Origin: an uncultured bacterium
GTDB taxonomy: Bacteria; Margulisbacteria; WOR-1; CAVSGV01
Direction: 5' to 3'
Length of the DNA stretch: 64,000 nt
Assembly: GCA_963727815.1 (NCBI GenBank)
Contig: CAVSGV010000006.1
Coordinates: 583,471-647,470, forward strand
A program made the translations under genes and the position numbers. Positions 9,825 to 19,746 of the stretch are shown here, in pieces. How positions within the stretch are numbered: the stretch's first letter is position 1; each line of letters starts with the position of its first letter. Under the pieces are notes generated by a model, which saw only the letters and a program-made list of their open reading frames with translations, searched no databases and was not told where the DNA came from.

Positions 9825-10022
9825 ATGGATATAAGTTTTTTTGCGGCAGTTGTTTTCGCGCTAATGATCATCGCAATGCTGATCTTTTTGGTCTACTCGA
9901 TGGCATATCCGGAGAAATTATCCCGGACAGATTGGAGCGCTCATGTTATTGACCTTTCCAAAAGCAGGATGGGAGGAGATGAGAATTGTTATGATCCGAC
10001 AAAAGATTATTATCGTATTTAG
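9825..10022 (+). CDS. KdpF-like small membrane peptide (second copy) with its stop lost and a 3' extension
   Basis: MDISFFAAVVFALMIIAMLIFLVYSMAYPEKL... parallels the canonical KdpF (…LIMLVYLTYAMFNPEKF*). The stop is missing and the frame runs on 33 codons into the next gene. Remnant kdpA codons (CGGACAG) follow the PEK motif. Confidence 0.35.
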   Translation: MDISFFAAVVFALMIIAMLIFLVYSMAYPEKLSRTDWSAHVIDLSKSRMGGDENCYDPTKDYYRI

Positions 10023-10716
10023 CTTGATAGCGATGACAATGATATGTGCTTGTGGTGTATTCGCTACTCCTTCTTCACAGATATGGAATCCGTCGACGGA
10101 CATTCAATCGGCGGGAACGTGGCATCTCGGTATTGACAACTATTTTACGGTCGCCTGGCCGAAGGATACGAATAACACTTTTTATCCGACGGATGTAAAT
10201 CTAACGTACGGCGCTTTGCCGGGACTTGAGATGGGGATAGATTCTTTTTCGCCAAGCGCGGCTCAATACGAGTTCAACGCGAAGTACGGGATCCCCGAGA
10301 ACGGAAATCTGCCCGCATTTGCGTTAGGCGCGCAGAACATGGGCTTTAACGTGGACTCCGATAAGAGGAACATCGATTGGAGCATTTGGTACTCCGTCGT
10401 TGCCAAGACTTTCAGTTTCGGCAGATTGACCGGCGGATATTACACGGGGAACGATCACGTGCTTGTTAACAATAACGGCGATAAAGCGAATACCGGTTTC
10501 ATCGCGACATGGGATAAAGCTATTACGGATAAGATATGGTTGTGCCTGGATTATGCCAGCGGTTATTCAGCCTACGGTTCTTTCTTTTACGGCGGATCGT
10601 ATTCGTTCTCTTCCAACACGTCGGTGATATTCGGATACGGAACTTTCAACAGGCATCAGAATTCCGGCGATGGGTTCGATCCCGTTATCACGACTCAGCT
10701 GGACATCAATATATAG
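9991..10716 (+). CDS. Secreted beta-barrel (porin-like) outer-membrane protein
   Basis: It has a signal peptide (MIRQKIIIVFSLIAMTMICACGVFA). The sequence is rich in G/Y/S/N/T with alternating-residue strands (GSYSFSSNTSVIFGYGTF, IWLCLDYASGYSAYGSFFYGG). An alternative ATG is at 9979 and the track start is 9943. The call rests on composition only. Confidence 0.45.
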   Translation: MIRQKIIIVFSLIAMTMICACGVFATPSSQIWNPSTDIQSAGTWHLGIDNYFTVAWPKDTNNTFYPTDVNLTYGALPGLEMGIDSFSPSAAQYEFNAKYGIPENGNLPAFALGAQNMGFNVDSDKRNIDWSIWYSVVAKTFSFGRLTGGYYTGNDHVLVNNNGDKANTGFIATWDKAITDKIWLCLDYASGYSAYGSFFYGGSYSFSSNTSVIFGYGTFNRHQNSGDGFDPVITTQLDINI

Positions 10717-10738
10717 TCATGAACAATACATCACATTC

Positions 10739-10783
10739 TTTACGCTTTCTTTACTTGCCAACCGGCTGCGGCAGTATGATAAT
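10739..10783 (+). promoter_or_regulatory. Putative KdpE box + -10 element, copy 2 (kdpFABC promoter)
   Basis: TTTACG-ctttc-TTTACT (10739-10755), then GATAAT (10778-10783), 9 nt before the kdpF ATG. It is a direct-repeat half-site pair with 5-nt spacing, as for OmpR/PhoB-family regulators. Confidence 0.45.
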
Positions 10784-10792
10784 GGCCGCATT

Positions 10793-10882
10793 ATGAACTT
10801 AGGTTTTATAGTCTCAGGAATTGTCGCTTTGATCATGCTGGTCTACCTGACGTACGCGATGTTCAATCCGGAGAAATTCTGA
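10793..10882 (+). CDS. kdpF: K+-transporting ATPase subunit F
   Basis: A 29-aa single-TM peptide, MNLGFIVSGIVALIMLVYLTYAMFNPEKF, immediately upstream of kdpA. Confidence 0.7.
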   Translation: MNLGFIVSGIVALIMLVYLTYAMFNPEKF

Positions 10883-10883
10883 C

Positions 10884-12572
10884 ATGCGGACAGCCGACTA
10901 CGCGCAGGTACTTCTTTATATCGGCGCTTTCATAGCTCTTACTCCTCTGCTTGGCTCCTACATGGCGGCGGTTTTCGAAGGCAGGAATACCTTCATGTCC
11001 CGCATCTGCGCGCCGGTCGAGCTTACATTATATAAGCTCTGTGGGATAGACAACAAAGAAGAAATGGGCTTCATGGACTACACGAAAGCGATGATCTGGT
11101 TCAATCTCTTCGGTTTTATTTTCGTCCTTGTCCTTCAGATGGTCCAGAAATATCTGCCGCTGAATCCCTACCACCTGCCGAACGTGGGCTGGGACCTTTC
11201 GTTCAACACGGCCATGAGCTTCATGACCAATACGAACTGGCAGGCATATTCCGGAGAGAGCACACTGAGTTATCTTACGCAGATGATCGGACTCACTGTC
11301 CAGAATTTCGTGAGCGCCGCGACGGGCATCGCAGTGTTCCTCGCATTTACAAGAGGGCTTATCAATCGTTCAACATCATCGCTCGGAAATTTTTGGACGG
11401 ACCTGGTCAGATCGACGGTCTACGTCCTTCTTCCTCTCTCGATCATCCTGGCTGTCCTTCTTGCGGGACAGGGAGTGGTCCAGACTTTTGCGCCGTATAA
11501 GAACATCACCACGCTCCAGGGAGCCCAGCAGGTGCTTCCGGTTGGACCAGCCGCTTCGCAGATCGCGATCAAGCAGCTTGGCAGCAACGGTGGTGGTTTC
11601 TACGGCGTAAACAGCGCGCACCCTTATGAGAACCCGACGCCTTTCTCCAATTTCCTTGAAGTGCTTGCGATAATACTCATTCCCGCCGGACTTGTTTATA
11701 CGTATGGCGTAATGATAAAGAATAAAAAACACGCGTGGCTGCTTTTCATCGTCATGTTCATTATATTCGCGGGAGGCTTGGCGCTTTCTTTGTGGTCGGA
11801 ATATTCAAGCGCGATACCGAAAGTGGTAACGGCGCTGGAAGGGCAGGAGGTCCGGTTCGGAGTCACTAACAGCATCATCTGGTCGGTGGCAACGACCGTC
11901 GTCTCGAACGGCTCCGTTAACGCGATGATCTCATCCCTTTCGCCCATTGCGGGCGGGGTGGCTCTATTCAATATCATGCTCGGCGAAATAATATTCGGCG
12001 GCGTGGGGGCAGGAATGTACGGAATACTTCTTCACGTCATGCTCACCGTTTTTCTGGCGGGGCTGATGGTGGGAAGAACTCCGGAATATCTGGGAAAAAA
12101 GATCGAAGGCAACGAAATGAAAATGGTCATTCTCAGCATTCTTCTGCCTTCCGTTTTCGTTCTTGCAGGGTCGGCGGTGTCTTGCGTTCTCCCCATCGCG
12201 CTCTCAAGTCTGGGGAACGGAGGGCCTCACGGTTTGAGCGAAATACTCTACGCTTTCACATCTGCTTCGAACAACAACGGCAGCGCGTTCGCGGGGCTCA
12301 ACGCCAATACGATCTATTATAATGTATTCCTCGGCCTTGCGATGCTCGTGGGCAGGTTCGGCGTGATAATCCCGGTCATGTACATTGCCGGCAGTATGAC
12401 AATGAAAAAGATATCACCCGTTACCGCCGGGACCTTCTCCACCGAAAGCACTTTGTTCGCGGTGCTTCTCATCGGCGTGTTCATCATAGTGGGCGTCCTG
12501 ACGTTCCTTCCGGCGCTGTGCCTCGGCCCCATCATCGAGCATCTCCTGATGCTGAAAGGATTCATCATCTGA
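10884..12572 (+). CDS. kdpA: K+-transporting ATPase subunit A
   Basis: 562-aa polytopic protein with KdpA-typical segments ([23 protein letters not shown] selectivity-filter-like motifs). Its position is kdpF-A-B-C. Confidence 0.95.
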   Translation: MRTADYAQVLLYIGAFIALTPLLGSYMAAVFEGRNTFMSRICAPVELTLYKLCGIDNKEEMGFMDYTKAMIWFNLFGFIFVLVLQMVQKYLPLNPYHLPNVGWDLSFNTAMSFMTNTNWQAYSGESTLSYLTQMIGLTVQNFVSAATGIAVFLAFTRGLINRSTSSLGNFWTDLVRSTVYVLLPLSIILAVLLAGQGVVQTFAPYKNITTLQGAQQVLPVGPAASQIAIKQLGSNGGGFYGVNSAHPYENPTPFSNFLEVLAIILIPAGLVYTYGVMIKNKKHAWLLFIVMFIIFAGGLALSLWSEYSSAIPKVVTALEGQEVRFGVTNSIIWSVATTVVSNGSVNAMISSLSPIAGGVALFNIMLGEIIFGGVGAGMYGILLHVMLTVFLAGLMVGRTPEYLGKKIEGNEMKMVILSILLPSVFVLAGSAVSCVLPIALSSLGNGGPHGLSEILYAFTSASNNNGSAFAGLNANTIYYNVFLGLAMLVGRFGVIIPVMYIAGSMTMKKISPVTAGTFSTESTLFAVLLIGVFIIVGVLTFLPALCLGPIIEHLLMLKGFII

Positions 12573-14632
12573 TGGCGCACAAAGTTGAGATAGACAACAG
12601 AAAACTGACAATAAGAGCTATCGGAGATTCATTCCGGAAGCTTCATCCGAAGGAAGAGATGAGGAATCCCGTCATGTTCCTCACTTTCATCGGAGCGATA
12701 CTAACTACGTGTTATTCTCTCCATTCGTTTTTCAACGCCGTCATCAGCATATGGCTGTGGTTCACCGTTCTCTTCGCAAATTTCGCTGAAGCGCTGGCGG
12801 AGGGCAGGGGAAAAGCGCAGGCGGATTCTTTGAAGCGCACAAGGTCGGAGCTTACCGCCAGGCTTTTGAAAGACGGAAAAGAAAGCGTCGTTGCCGCCTG
12901 CAATCTTAGAAAAGGCGACGTGGTGGTGTGCGAAGCGGGCAACGTCATCCCCTGCGACGGCGAGGTCATCGAGGGAGTGGCGAGTGTTGACGAATCCGCA
13001 GTCACCGGCGAATCTGCTCCCGTCATAAGAGAATCCGGCGGCGACAGGAGCGCGGTCACCGGCGGGACAAAAGTTATCAGCGATAAAATAATCATTCAGG
13101 TCACTTCCAACCCGGGCGATACCTTCCTCGACAGGATAATACTTTTGATCGAAGGAGCCAAACGCCAGAAGACGCCGAACGAGATCGCCTTGAGCATCGT
13201 CCTCTCCGGACTTACGATAATTTTCCTTCTCGCGGTCGTCTCTCTGAAATTTTACGCGGACTACAGCGGAGCGGTGGCAAAACAGGATCTCTCTCACATC
13301 GTAACTGTTCCGGTCCTCGTGGCGCTCCTAGTTTGCCTCATCCCGACGACAATCGGCGGTCTGCTCAGCGCGATAGGCATCGCCGGCATGGACAGGCTCA
13401 TCAGGCGGCACGTCATCGCAAAAAGCGGAAGATCGATAGAAGCGGCGGGAGACATCGACGTCCTTCTCCTTGATAAGACCGGCACTATCACCATAGGCAA
13501 CCGGATGGCGTCAGAATTCGTTCCGGCAAAAGGGATCGAAGAAGCGACCTTCGCCGACATCGCGCAGCTGTCTTCCCTCGCCGATGAAACTCCGGAAGGA
13601 AGATCGATCGTAGTTCTTGCGAAAGACAGATTCGGACTTAGAGGCCGCGAATTGCAGGCGCACGAAGCAAAGTTCATACCGTTCTCGGCGAACACTCAGA
13701 TGAGCGGAGTGGATTTTATCGACGCTTCCGGAAAGGTAACGCGCTCCATACGCAAAGGATCCGTCGACGCCATCACCAAGCTTGCCGGCAAATTTCCGGA
13801 GGAGCTTGATTCCGCCGTTAAGAGGATATCTGCGAGCGGAGGCACTCCTCTTGCAGTCGCGGACGGCAATCGCGTCACGGGCGTCATCCATCTGAAAGAC
13901 ATCGTTAAAGGCGGAATAAAAGAAAAGTTCAAGGAACTGCGCTCTATGGGAATAAGGACGATAATGATAACCGGCGACAATCCTCTTACCGCGGCGGCGA
14001 TCGCGGCGGAGGCGGGAGTTGACGATTTCATCGCTCAGGCGACGCCTGAATCAAAACTCAAGCGGATAAGGGATGAGCAGGCGAACGGGCATCTTGTGGC
14101 GATGACGGGCGACGGGACGAACGACGCGCCTGCTTTGGCTCAAGCCGATGTTGGCGTCACGATGAACACGGGAACGCAGGCGGCAAGGGAAGCGGGCAAT
14201 ATGGTGGACCTGGAGAGCAACCCGACGAAACTCATCGACATAGTCGCCATCGGAAAACAGCTTCTCATCACGAGAGGGGCGCTCACCACTTTCAGCATTG
14301 CCAACGACGTCGCGAAATACTTCGCCATCATCCCCGCGATTTTCGGAACTCTTTACGCAACGAACGGGATGAACGGGCCGCTTTCCATATTCAACATCAT
14401 GAGACTTCACTCGCCGCAGAGCGCGATACTCAGCGCCGTTATCTTTAATGCTTTGATAATAGTAATGTTGATACCGCTGGCTCTTCGCGGAGTCGCTTAC
14501 AGGAGCGAGAGCGCGTCATCTCTGCTTCGGCGTAATTTGCAGCTATACGGTCTCGGCGGACTGGTGGCGCCTTTTATCGGGATAAAGATCATCGACGTCC
14601 TGCTCGCGCTAATGAAGGTGAACTTAAGATGA
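12572..14632 (+). CDS. kdpB: K+-transporting P-type ATPase subunit B
   Basis: P-type ATPase motifs DKTGTIT, TGDN and [13 protein letters not shown] set the start at ATG 12572, overlapping the kdpA stop (ATGA); the track ORF extends upstream artefactually. Confidence 0.95.
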   Translation: MAHKVEIDNRKLTIRAIGDSFRKLHPKEEMRNPVMFLTFIGAILTTCYSLHSFFNAVISIWLWFTVLFANFAEALAEGRGKAQADSLKRTRSELTARLLKDGKESVVAACNLRKGDVVVCEAGNVIPCDGEVIEGVASVDESAVTGESAPVIRESGGDRSAVTGGTKVISDKIIIQVTSNPGDTFLDRIILLIEGAKRQKTPNEIALSIVLSGLTIIFLLAVVSLKFYADYSGAVAKQDLSHIVTVPVLVALLVCLIPTTIGGLLSAIGIAGMDRLIRRHVIAKSGRSIEAAGDIDVLLLDKTGTITIGNRMASEFVPAKGIEEATFADIAQLSSLADETPEGRSIVVLAKDRFGLRGRELQAHEAKFIPFSANTQMSGVDFIDASGKVTRSIRKGSVDAITKLAGKFPEELDSAVKRISASGGTPLAVADGNRVTGVIHLKDIVKGGIKEKFKELRSMGIRTIMITGDNPLTAAAIAAEAGVDDFIAQATPESKLKRIRDEQANGHLVAMTGDGTNDAPALAQADVGVTMNTGTQAAREAGNMVDLESNPTKLIDIVAIGKQLLITRGALTTFSIANDVAKYFAIIPAIFGTLYATNGMNGPLSIFNIMRLHSPQSAILSAVIFNALIIVMLIPLALRGVAYRSESASSLLRRNLQLYGLGGLVAPFIGIKIIDVLLALMKVNLR

Positions 14633-15171
14633 AGCACATTACCAACGCTCTGAAAATGTTCCTGGCAATGACGATATTGACCGGCATCATATATCCGCTG
14701 CTCATCACAGGGATCGCTCAATTATGCTTCAACAAGCAGGCGAATGGCGATCCTTATCTCATCGGCCAGAAGTTCGACAAGAATAAATATTTCTGGTCCA
14801 GGCCGTCATCGGTGGATTACGCCACGATCCCGTCGGGCGCAAGCAATCTTTCCGCCACAAGCAAAGCCCTGAAAGATCAGGTCACCGCCAGGAAAAAAGC
14901 GATCCTTGCCTCTGACCGGACAAAAAAAGAAGCTCAGATACCTTCCGACATGATCTACGCGTCGGGCAGCGGCATCGACCCCCACATCAGCTATGCTTCC
15001 GCCGTTTTCCAGGCTGACAGGATCGCGAAAGCGCGGAAAATGAAAAAAGAAGACGTCATAAAACTGATATCGCAGGTGAGAGAAGGCAGGGACTTCCTGA
15101 TACTCGGCGACCGCAGAGTGAACGTGCTTAAGCTGAATCTTCTCTTGGACAAGCTATCATCGAAGGAATAA
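14629..15171 (+). CDS. kdpC: K+-transporting ATPase subunit C
   Basis: 180 aa with a single N-terminal TM and a KdpC-like GSGIDPHIS motif. There is a 4-nt overlap with kdpB. Confidence 0.9.
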   Translation: MKHITNALKMFLAMTILTGIIYPLLITGIAQLCFNKQANGDPYLIGQKFDKNKYFWSRPSSVDYATIPSGASNLSATSKALKDQVTARKKAILASDRTKKEAQIPSDMIYASGSGIDPHISYASAVFQADRIAKARKMKKEDVIKLISQVREGRDFLILGDRRVNVLKLNLLLDKLSSKE

Positions 15172-15184
15172 AATAAAAAACAAT

Positions 15185-17881
15185 ATGGGCGATGTTTATC
15201 AACGGCTTACGCCGGAAGAAGCGCTGAAGATCGCGAGCAAGGGTCCGCAGAGAGGCAAGCTCAAGGTGTTCATCGGCTACGCCGCAGGCGTCGGAAAGAC
15301 CTTTACCATGCTCAACGAGGGCAACCGCCGCCATAAGCGCGGCGAGGACATAGTCATCGGATACGTTGAAGCTCACGGCCGTGCCGATACCGACGCTCAG
15401 ATAGGCGACCTCGAGCTCATCCCCAAAAAGAAGATAGAATACCAGGGACATACTTTCGAGGAAATGGATACGGAAGCCATCATCAAAAGGCATCCCACCA
15501 CCGTTCTCATCGACGAACTCGCGCACACGAACGTCCCGGGTTCAAAAACCACGAAGCGATATGAAGACGTTAGAGAGATCCTCGATGCCGGAATAAACGT
15601 CATAACCACCCTGAACGTCCAGCACCTGGAGAGCCTGAACGACATGATCAAGACCATCACCGGCGTCATTGTCCGCGAGACCATACCGGACAGCGTGGTG
15701 GCGCAGGCAGACGAGCTTGTGGCGGTGGACATCACGATCGACGCTCTTCTTAATCGTTTGAAAAGAGGAGACATCTACAAGAAGGACAAGATAGATTCCG
15801 CTCTCAGGAATTTTTTCCGCGAGGGCAACCTGAACGCGCTTAGAGAGATCGCTCTGCGGCAGACGGCGCAGGAAGTGGACGAGGACCTGGCGGAGTACAT
15901 GAAGGAACACGGCATCGAAGAAGCGTGGCAGACAGTGGACCGCATAATGGTCTGCATCGGCACAAGCCCCAACGCGAAAAAGCTGATAAGAAGAGGCGCC
16001 CTTATCGCCAGGCGCTACAGGTCCGAATGGTTCGTCGTGGCGGTGGAAGGAAAAGGATTTTTCGCCGCGAAATGGGACGGCAAGGATAAAACGGAGCTTG
16101 AGAGCAGTTTCAAGCTCGCGGAACAGCTGGGCGCGAAAACGGTCACGCTCTCCGGGCTGGACATCGCGTCGGAGCTGGAGAGGTTCGCGAGGCAGCAGCA
16201 CATCACGCAAATAGTCATCGGACATTCGGGCAGGACCCTTCTCCAGCAGATATTCGTCGGATCCACCACAAGCAGATTGATAAGAGAAACAAAGAACGTG
16301 GCCATCCACGTAATGCCGGTGAGCGAGTTCGAAGAGACCAAAGAAAGCTTCGCGCAGGGATTGCCGGGGTTCAATTTTGAGGGAGGCTTGAACGATTACT
16401 GGGTCATTGGGGGATCGCTTCTGGCGGTCACTGCCATCGGCTGGCTGCTCAAACCATATCTGGGATATCAGGCGGTCGGATTCCTGTTCCTGCTGGCGGT
16501 GCTCATCTTAAGCATGTTCATTTCGTTCTTTCCCATGCTGATATTTGCGGTCTTAAGCGTGCTGACGTGGGATTTTATTTTCATACCGCCGGCGAACACT
16601 TTTGTCATAGCGAAAAAAGAGGACATGATAATGTCCATCATCTATGTGGTAACGGCCGTGGTAATGGGCTACCTTACGAGCAAGATAAGGAAGGACGAGC
16701 GGCTCATCGCCGTCCGGGAGAACAGGTTCGAGACCATGTACAGGATCGTTTCCGTAATAGCTTCCGCAAGAGACCGCCACCAGTGCATAACCGACATTGA
16801 AAAAGAAGTTGAAGTGATGCTGGAGGGCAAATGCAAGGCAATAGTCAAGAACGACATAGTGAAATACGAGGACATCCTTCGGTTGAACATCCCCGGTGAC
16901 GAAAAGGAGCTTTCCGTCGCGATGCTGGTATATGAAAAGGGACAGCCTGCGGGATGGGGGACGGACATTCTTTCCGTTGCAAAGAACATTTACATTCCGC
17001 TGAAGGGACCGGCGGAAACGGTGGGCGTGCTCTCTTTCGGTCGTGAGAACAGGAAGCCGCTTTCTCAGGAGGAAATGAACATTCTGCTCACCATATCCAA
17101 CCAGCTGGCGGTCTACCTGGAAAGGGAGCTTTTAAGAGAGAGGGCGGTGGAGGCGCAGGAGCTGAGGGACGCCGAAAAACTTTATCAGACCGTCCTGAAC
17201 ACCGTTTCGCACGAAGTGAGAACGCCCATAACCACCATAAGCGGCATCACATCCGTCCTCAGGGATGAGAACGTCATCGGGAACGCGGATTCAAGGAAAG
17301 AACTTGTGAATGAGCTCTCCGATTCCGTGGAGCGGCTGGACCGCGTTTTTACGAACATTCTGGACATGACGAGGCTAAGCTCCGGCAGGATATCTCTCAA
17401 GAAGGAATGGTATGGACTTGATGAGATAATAAGCTCGATGCGCAGCGACCTGAGCAAGAAATTCGGCGGTCACAAACTTACCGTTGATATATCGGACGAT
17501 CTCCCGTCGTTAAGAGTGGACTTCAATCTTTTCCAGCAGGCGATATCGAACATTGTGCTCAACGCCGTCAATTACACGCCGGAGGGAACGGCTATCTCCA
17601 TCCGGGCGTCGAGGGACGCGGATAAAGTATCGATAATCATTTCCGATACGGGTCCGGGCGTGAAAGAGGATGAGCTTCCTTTCATATTCGACAAATTCTA
17701 CAGGGCAAAGGGCAGCCCTCCTGGCGGGATAGGCCTCGGACTCACAATAACGAAAGGCATCATCGAGGCGCACGAAGGGAACATCGCTGCGTACAATATC
17801 AAGCCTCACGGGCTTGCAGTAAAGATATTGCTTCCAGTTGAAGAAGAGCCCGAAGGCCTGGAAAAACTCATCAATGAGTAA
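15185..17881 (+). CDS. kdpD: Sensor histidine kinase KdpD
   Basis: 898 aa. It has the N-terminal KdpD P-loop domain (GYAAGVGKT), a USP-like region, a four-TM block, a GAF-like region, an H-box (SHEVRTPIT) and a HATPase_c domain (DTGPGV...GIGLGL). Confidence 0.95.
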   Translation: MGDVYQRLTPEEALKIASKGPQRGKLKVFIGYAAGVGKTFTMLNEGNRRHKRGEDIVIGYVEAHGRADTDAQIGDLELIPKKKIEYQGHTFEEMDTEAIIKRHPTTVLIDELAHTNVPGSKTTKRYEDVREILDAGINVITTLNVQHLESLNDMIKTITGVIVRETIPDSVVAQADELVAVDITIDALLNRLKRGDIYKKDKIDSALRNFFREGNLNALREIALRQTAQEVDEDLAEYMKEHGIEEAWQTVDRIMVCIGTSPNAKKLIRRGALIARRYRSEWFVVAVEGKGFFAAKWDGKDKTELESSFKLAEQLGAKTVTLSGLDIASELERFARQQHITQIVIGHSGRTLLQQIFVGSTTSRLIRETKNVAIHVMPVSEFEETKESFAQGLPGFNFEGGLNDYWVIGGSLLAVTAIGWLLKPYLGYQAVGFLFLLAVLILSMFISFFPMLIFAVLSVLTWDFIFIPPANTFVIAKKEDMIMSIIYVVTAVVMGYLTSKIRKDERLIAVRENRFETMYRIVSVIASARDRHQCITDIEKEVEVMLEGKCKAIVKNDIVKYEDILRLNIPGDEKELSVAMLVYEKGQPAGWGTDILSVAKNIYIPLKGPAETVGVLSFGRENRKPLSQEEMNILLTISNQLAVYLERELLRERAVEAQELRDAEKLYQTVLNTVSHEVRTPITTISGITSVLRDENVIGNADSRKELVNELSDSVERLDRVFTNILDMTRLSSGRISLKKEWYGLDEIISSMRSDLSKKFGGHKLTVDISDDLPSLRVDFNLFQQAISNIVLNAVNYTPEGTAISIRASRDADKVSIIISDTGPGVKEDELPFIFDKFYRAKGSPPGGIGLGLTITKGIIEAHEGNIAAYNIKPHGLAVKILLPVEEEPEGLEKLINE

Positions 17882-18554
17882 AGGCGCGAAGATACTTGTC
17901 ATCGACGATGAAAAGTCCATCCGCAAGCTGCTCGAAATAAGCCTGAACGCCGAAGGTTATGAAGTCATCCCGGCAAAGACCGGCAAGGAAGGATTGCTTG
18001 AAGCTGCGAACCATAATCCGGACGTGGTCATCCTCGACCTGGGCCTTCCCGACATGCAGGGCCTGGACGTCCTGAAAAAGCTGAAGGACCGGACGTCCAC
18101 TCCCGTTATCATACTGACAGTCAAGGATGCCGACGCCGAAAAAGTGGCGCTTCTTGACGCTGGAGCCGACGATTATCTTACAAAGCCTTTCAGCGTGGAC
18201 GAGCTTACCGCCAGGATCAGGGTCGCTCTGCGGCACAGCGTGAATCTGCAGGAGGAGCCGGTCTTTACGCGCGGAAAGCTGACGATAGATTTCAATTCAA
18301 GGACCGTGAAGGCGGGGGCGGAGCAGGTGCATCTCACCGCCAAAGAATTCGATCTTCTCAAGAGCCTTGTCAGGAACGCCGGGAAGATAGTGACCCAGAA
18401 ACAACTGCTGAAGGAAGTTTGGGGGCCTTCGGCGGAGGATCAATCCCATTATCTGCGCATCTATTTCGGCCAGCTGAGAAAAAAGCTGGAAAAATATTCC
18501 ATCTCGAACATCATAATCACTGAACCCGGCGTCGGCTACAGGCTGAATATTTGA
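17874..18554 (+). CDS. kdpE: OmpR-family response regulator KdpE
   Basis: Receiver domain (ILVIDDE...DLGLPDM...K) plus a winged-helix output domain (…GVGYRL). The start at ATG 17874 overlaps the kdpD end by 8 nt. Confidence 0.9.
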   Translation: MSKGAKILVIDDEKSIRKLLEISLNAEGYEVIPAKTGKEGLLEAANHNPDVVILDLGLPDMQGLDVLKKLKDRTSTPVIILTVKDADAEKVALLDAGADDYLTKPFSVDELTARIRVALRHSVNLQEEPVFTRGKLTIDFNSRTVKAGAEQVHLTAKEFDLLKSLVRNAGKIVTQKQLLKEVWGPSAEDQSHYLRIYFGQLRKKLEKYSISNIIITEPGVGYRLNI

Positions 18555-18601
18555 TCTGCTGCCTGTCGGACGGTATTGCCGGATCGACGCGGGGATATTA
18601 C

Positions 18602-19639
18602 TCAGATGATCTTGATCAATTTTTTCGCGAGGGCGACGTAATCATTGTTTTTGGGAACTTCATAAACATCAAGGGGGCGTTCATGCTGCTTGGGGCCCCA
18701 TATAGATCCATACATGGATTCGATGTTCTTCCGAGCCGGATCAATCCTTATGCCCGCTGCCGCAAGAAGATCGTACGTTACAAAAATGGGAAGACCAATG
18801 ACCACGATCGGATCTCCTACGACGGATTCTGTGATCGAAAGTATTTCCGGATCCTGGATGCCGTATGCGCCGGCTTTTCCCACATGAAGTCCCTTTTGCA
18901 TATAGCTTTTAATGACCCTATCATACCCAGCATCAGACCGCCTGAACGTTATCTTCGTCGATGCCTCGCCCGTGTGGAGCTCCATTTTCTCGACATTGAA
19001 TACCATAATGCTGGATGAAACTGTCTGAGTTCTTCCGGGCAGCGCGTCCAGCAGGAAATATCTGGCCACTTCATCGCTCGGGTTTTTATTCCTGTCTTCC
19101 GGTTTTCCGATGATAGTCCCGTCTTCCAGATGGATGAGCGTATCTGAGGTCAAAATAACGCCTCCGTCGACCTGTCCGGTTTTTATCAGGGATATTAATT
19201 TCATCAGGGCAACGGTCTTTGTGACGGTGCTCAAGTTCCTGAAATTCGACGGTTTCATCTCACTTGTGTCAGGCTTGCACGCCGCGTATTCGAGCCCAAA
19301 AATATTGCTGATTATTTGTTTGCGTCTTGGCGAGGTGGAGGCAAGCAGGACTTTTTCGGATTTGCCGCTTGTATTGACCAGACATCTGTTTAAGGAGATC
19401 TGACGGACGAAAGCCTTGATCACGGCATCCCTGCCGCTGTCGAACAGCCTGCCGATTATGTCCGTCTGCGTTCTTTCATCCATGGAAAGAAAAGTATCCG
19501 CGGCGGTACGCATTCCCGAACCCGATGACCATGCATAGATCAATAAGGCGGGGAAATTTTCAGCGTCAAGTCTCAGCAGGCTTGTGCTGCCGAAATTTCT
19601 TGTGGTCGCGGAGCTTACATTAAGGTTCGTTTCTATCAA
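18602..19639 (-). CDS. Maf-like nucleotide pyrophosphatase with N- and C-terminal extensions
   Basis: The central ~190 aa carry Maf hallmarks (LLASTSPRRKQII..., ...KAGAYGIQD...). About 95 extra aa at the N-terminus and ~55 at the C-terminus have no family I recognise. Confidence 0.7.
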   Translation of the reverse strand: MIETNLNVSSATTRNFGSTSLLRLDAENFPALLIYAWSSGSGMRTAADTFLSMDERTQTDIIGRLFDSGRDAVIKAFVRQISLNRCLVNTSGKSEKVLLASTSPRRKQIISNIFGLEYAACKPDTSEMKPSNFRNLSTVTKTVALMKLISLIKTGQVDGGVILTSDTLIHLEDGTIIGKPEDRNKNPSDEVARYFLLDALPGRTQTVSSSIMVFNVEKMELHTGEASTKITFRRSDAGYDRVIKSYMQKGLHVGKAGAYGIQDPEILSITESVVGDPIVVIGLPIFVTYDLLAAAGIRIDPARKNIESMYGSIWGPKQHERPLDVYEVPKNNDYVALAKKLIKII

Positions 19640-19746
19640 GGAAAACCGCCTTTACATATATATATGGGAATGGATGCTATTAAGTTATCGGAAATGTTGC
19701 CGTGAAATTTCAGTTCTGCGGATATTGGGAAGGGAATAGGAGGGTC

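Noticed and set aside
9711-10792. A c-di-AMP (ydaO/kimA-type) or other riboswitch upstream of kdp.
   Set aside because: - The predicted -10 elements lie only ~9 nt before the small-ORF ATGs, leaving no room for a ~100-150-nt aptamer.
- The conserved sequence is better explained as a KdpE direct-repeat box.
12518-12571. Upstream extensions of track ORFs: kdpB from 12518, kdpE from 17838, DUF2156 from 42128, the second ABC-2 gene from 31330, the Spy-like gene from 24443, and the sigma-54 activator from 62451.
   Set aside because: - In each case an internal ATG coincides with the stop of the preceding gene or has a good Shine-Dalgarno sequence.
- The extension overlaps the upstream gene with non-homologous sequence.
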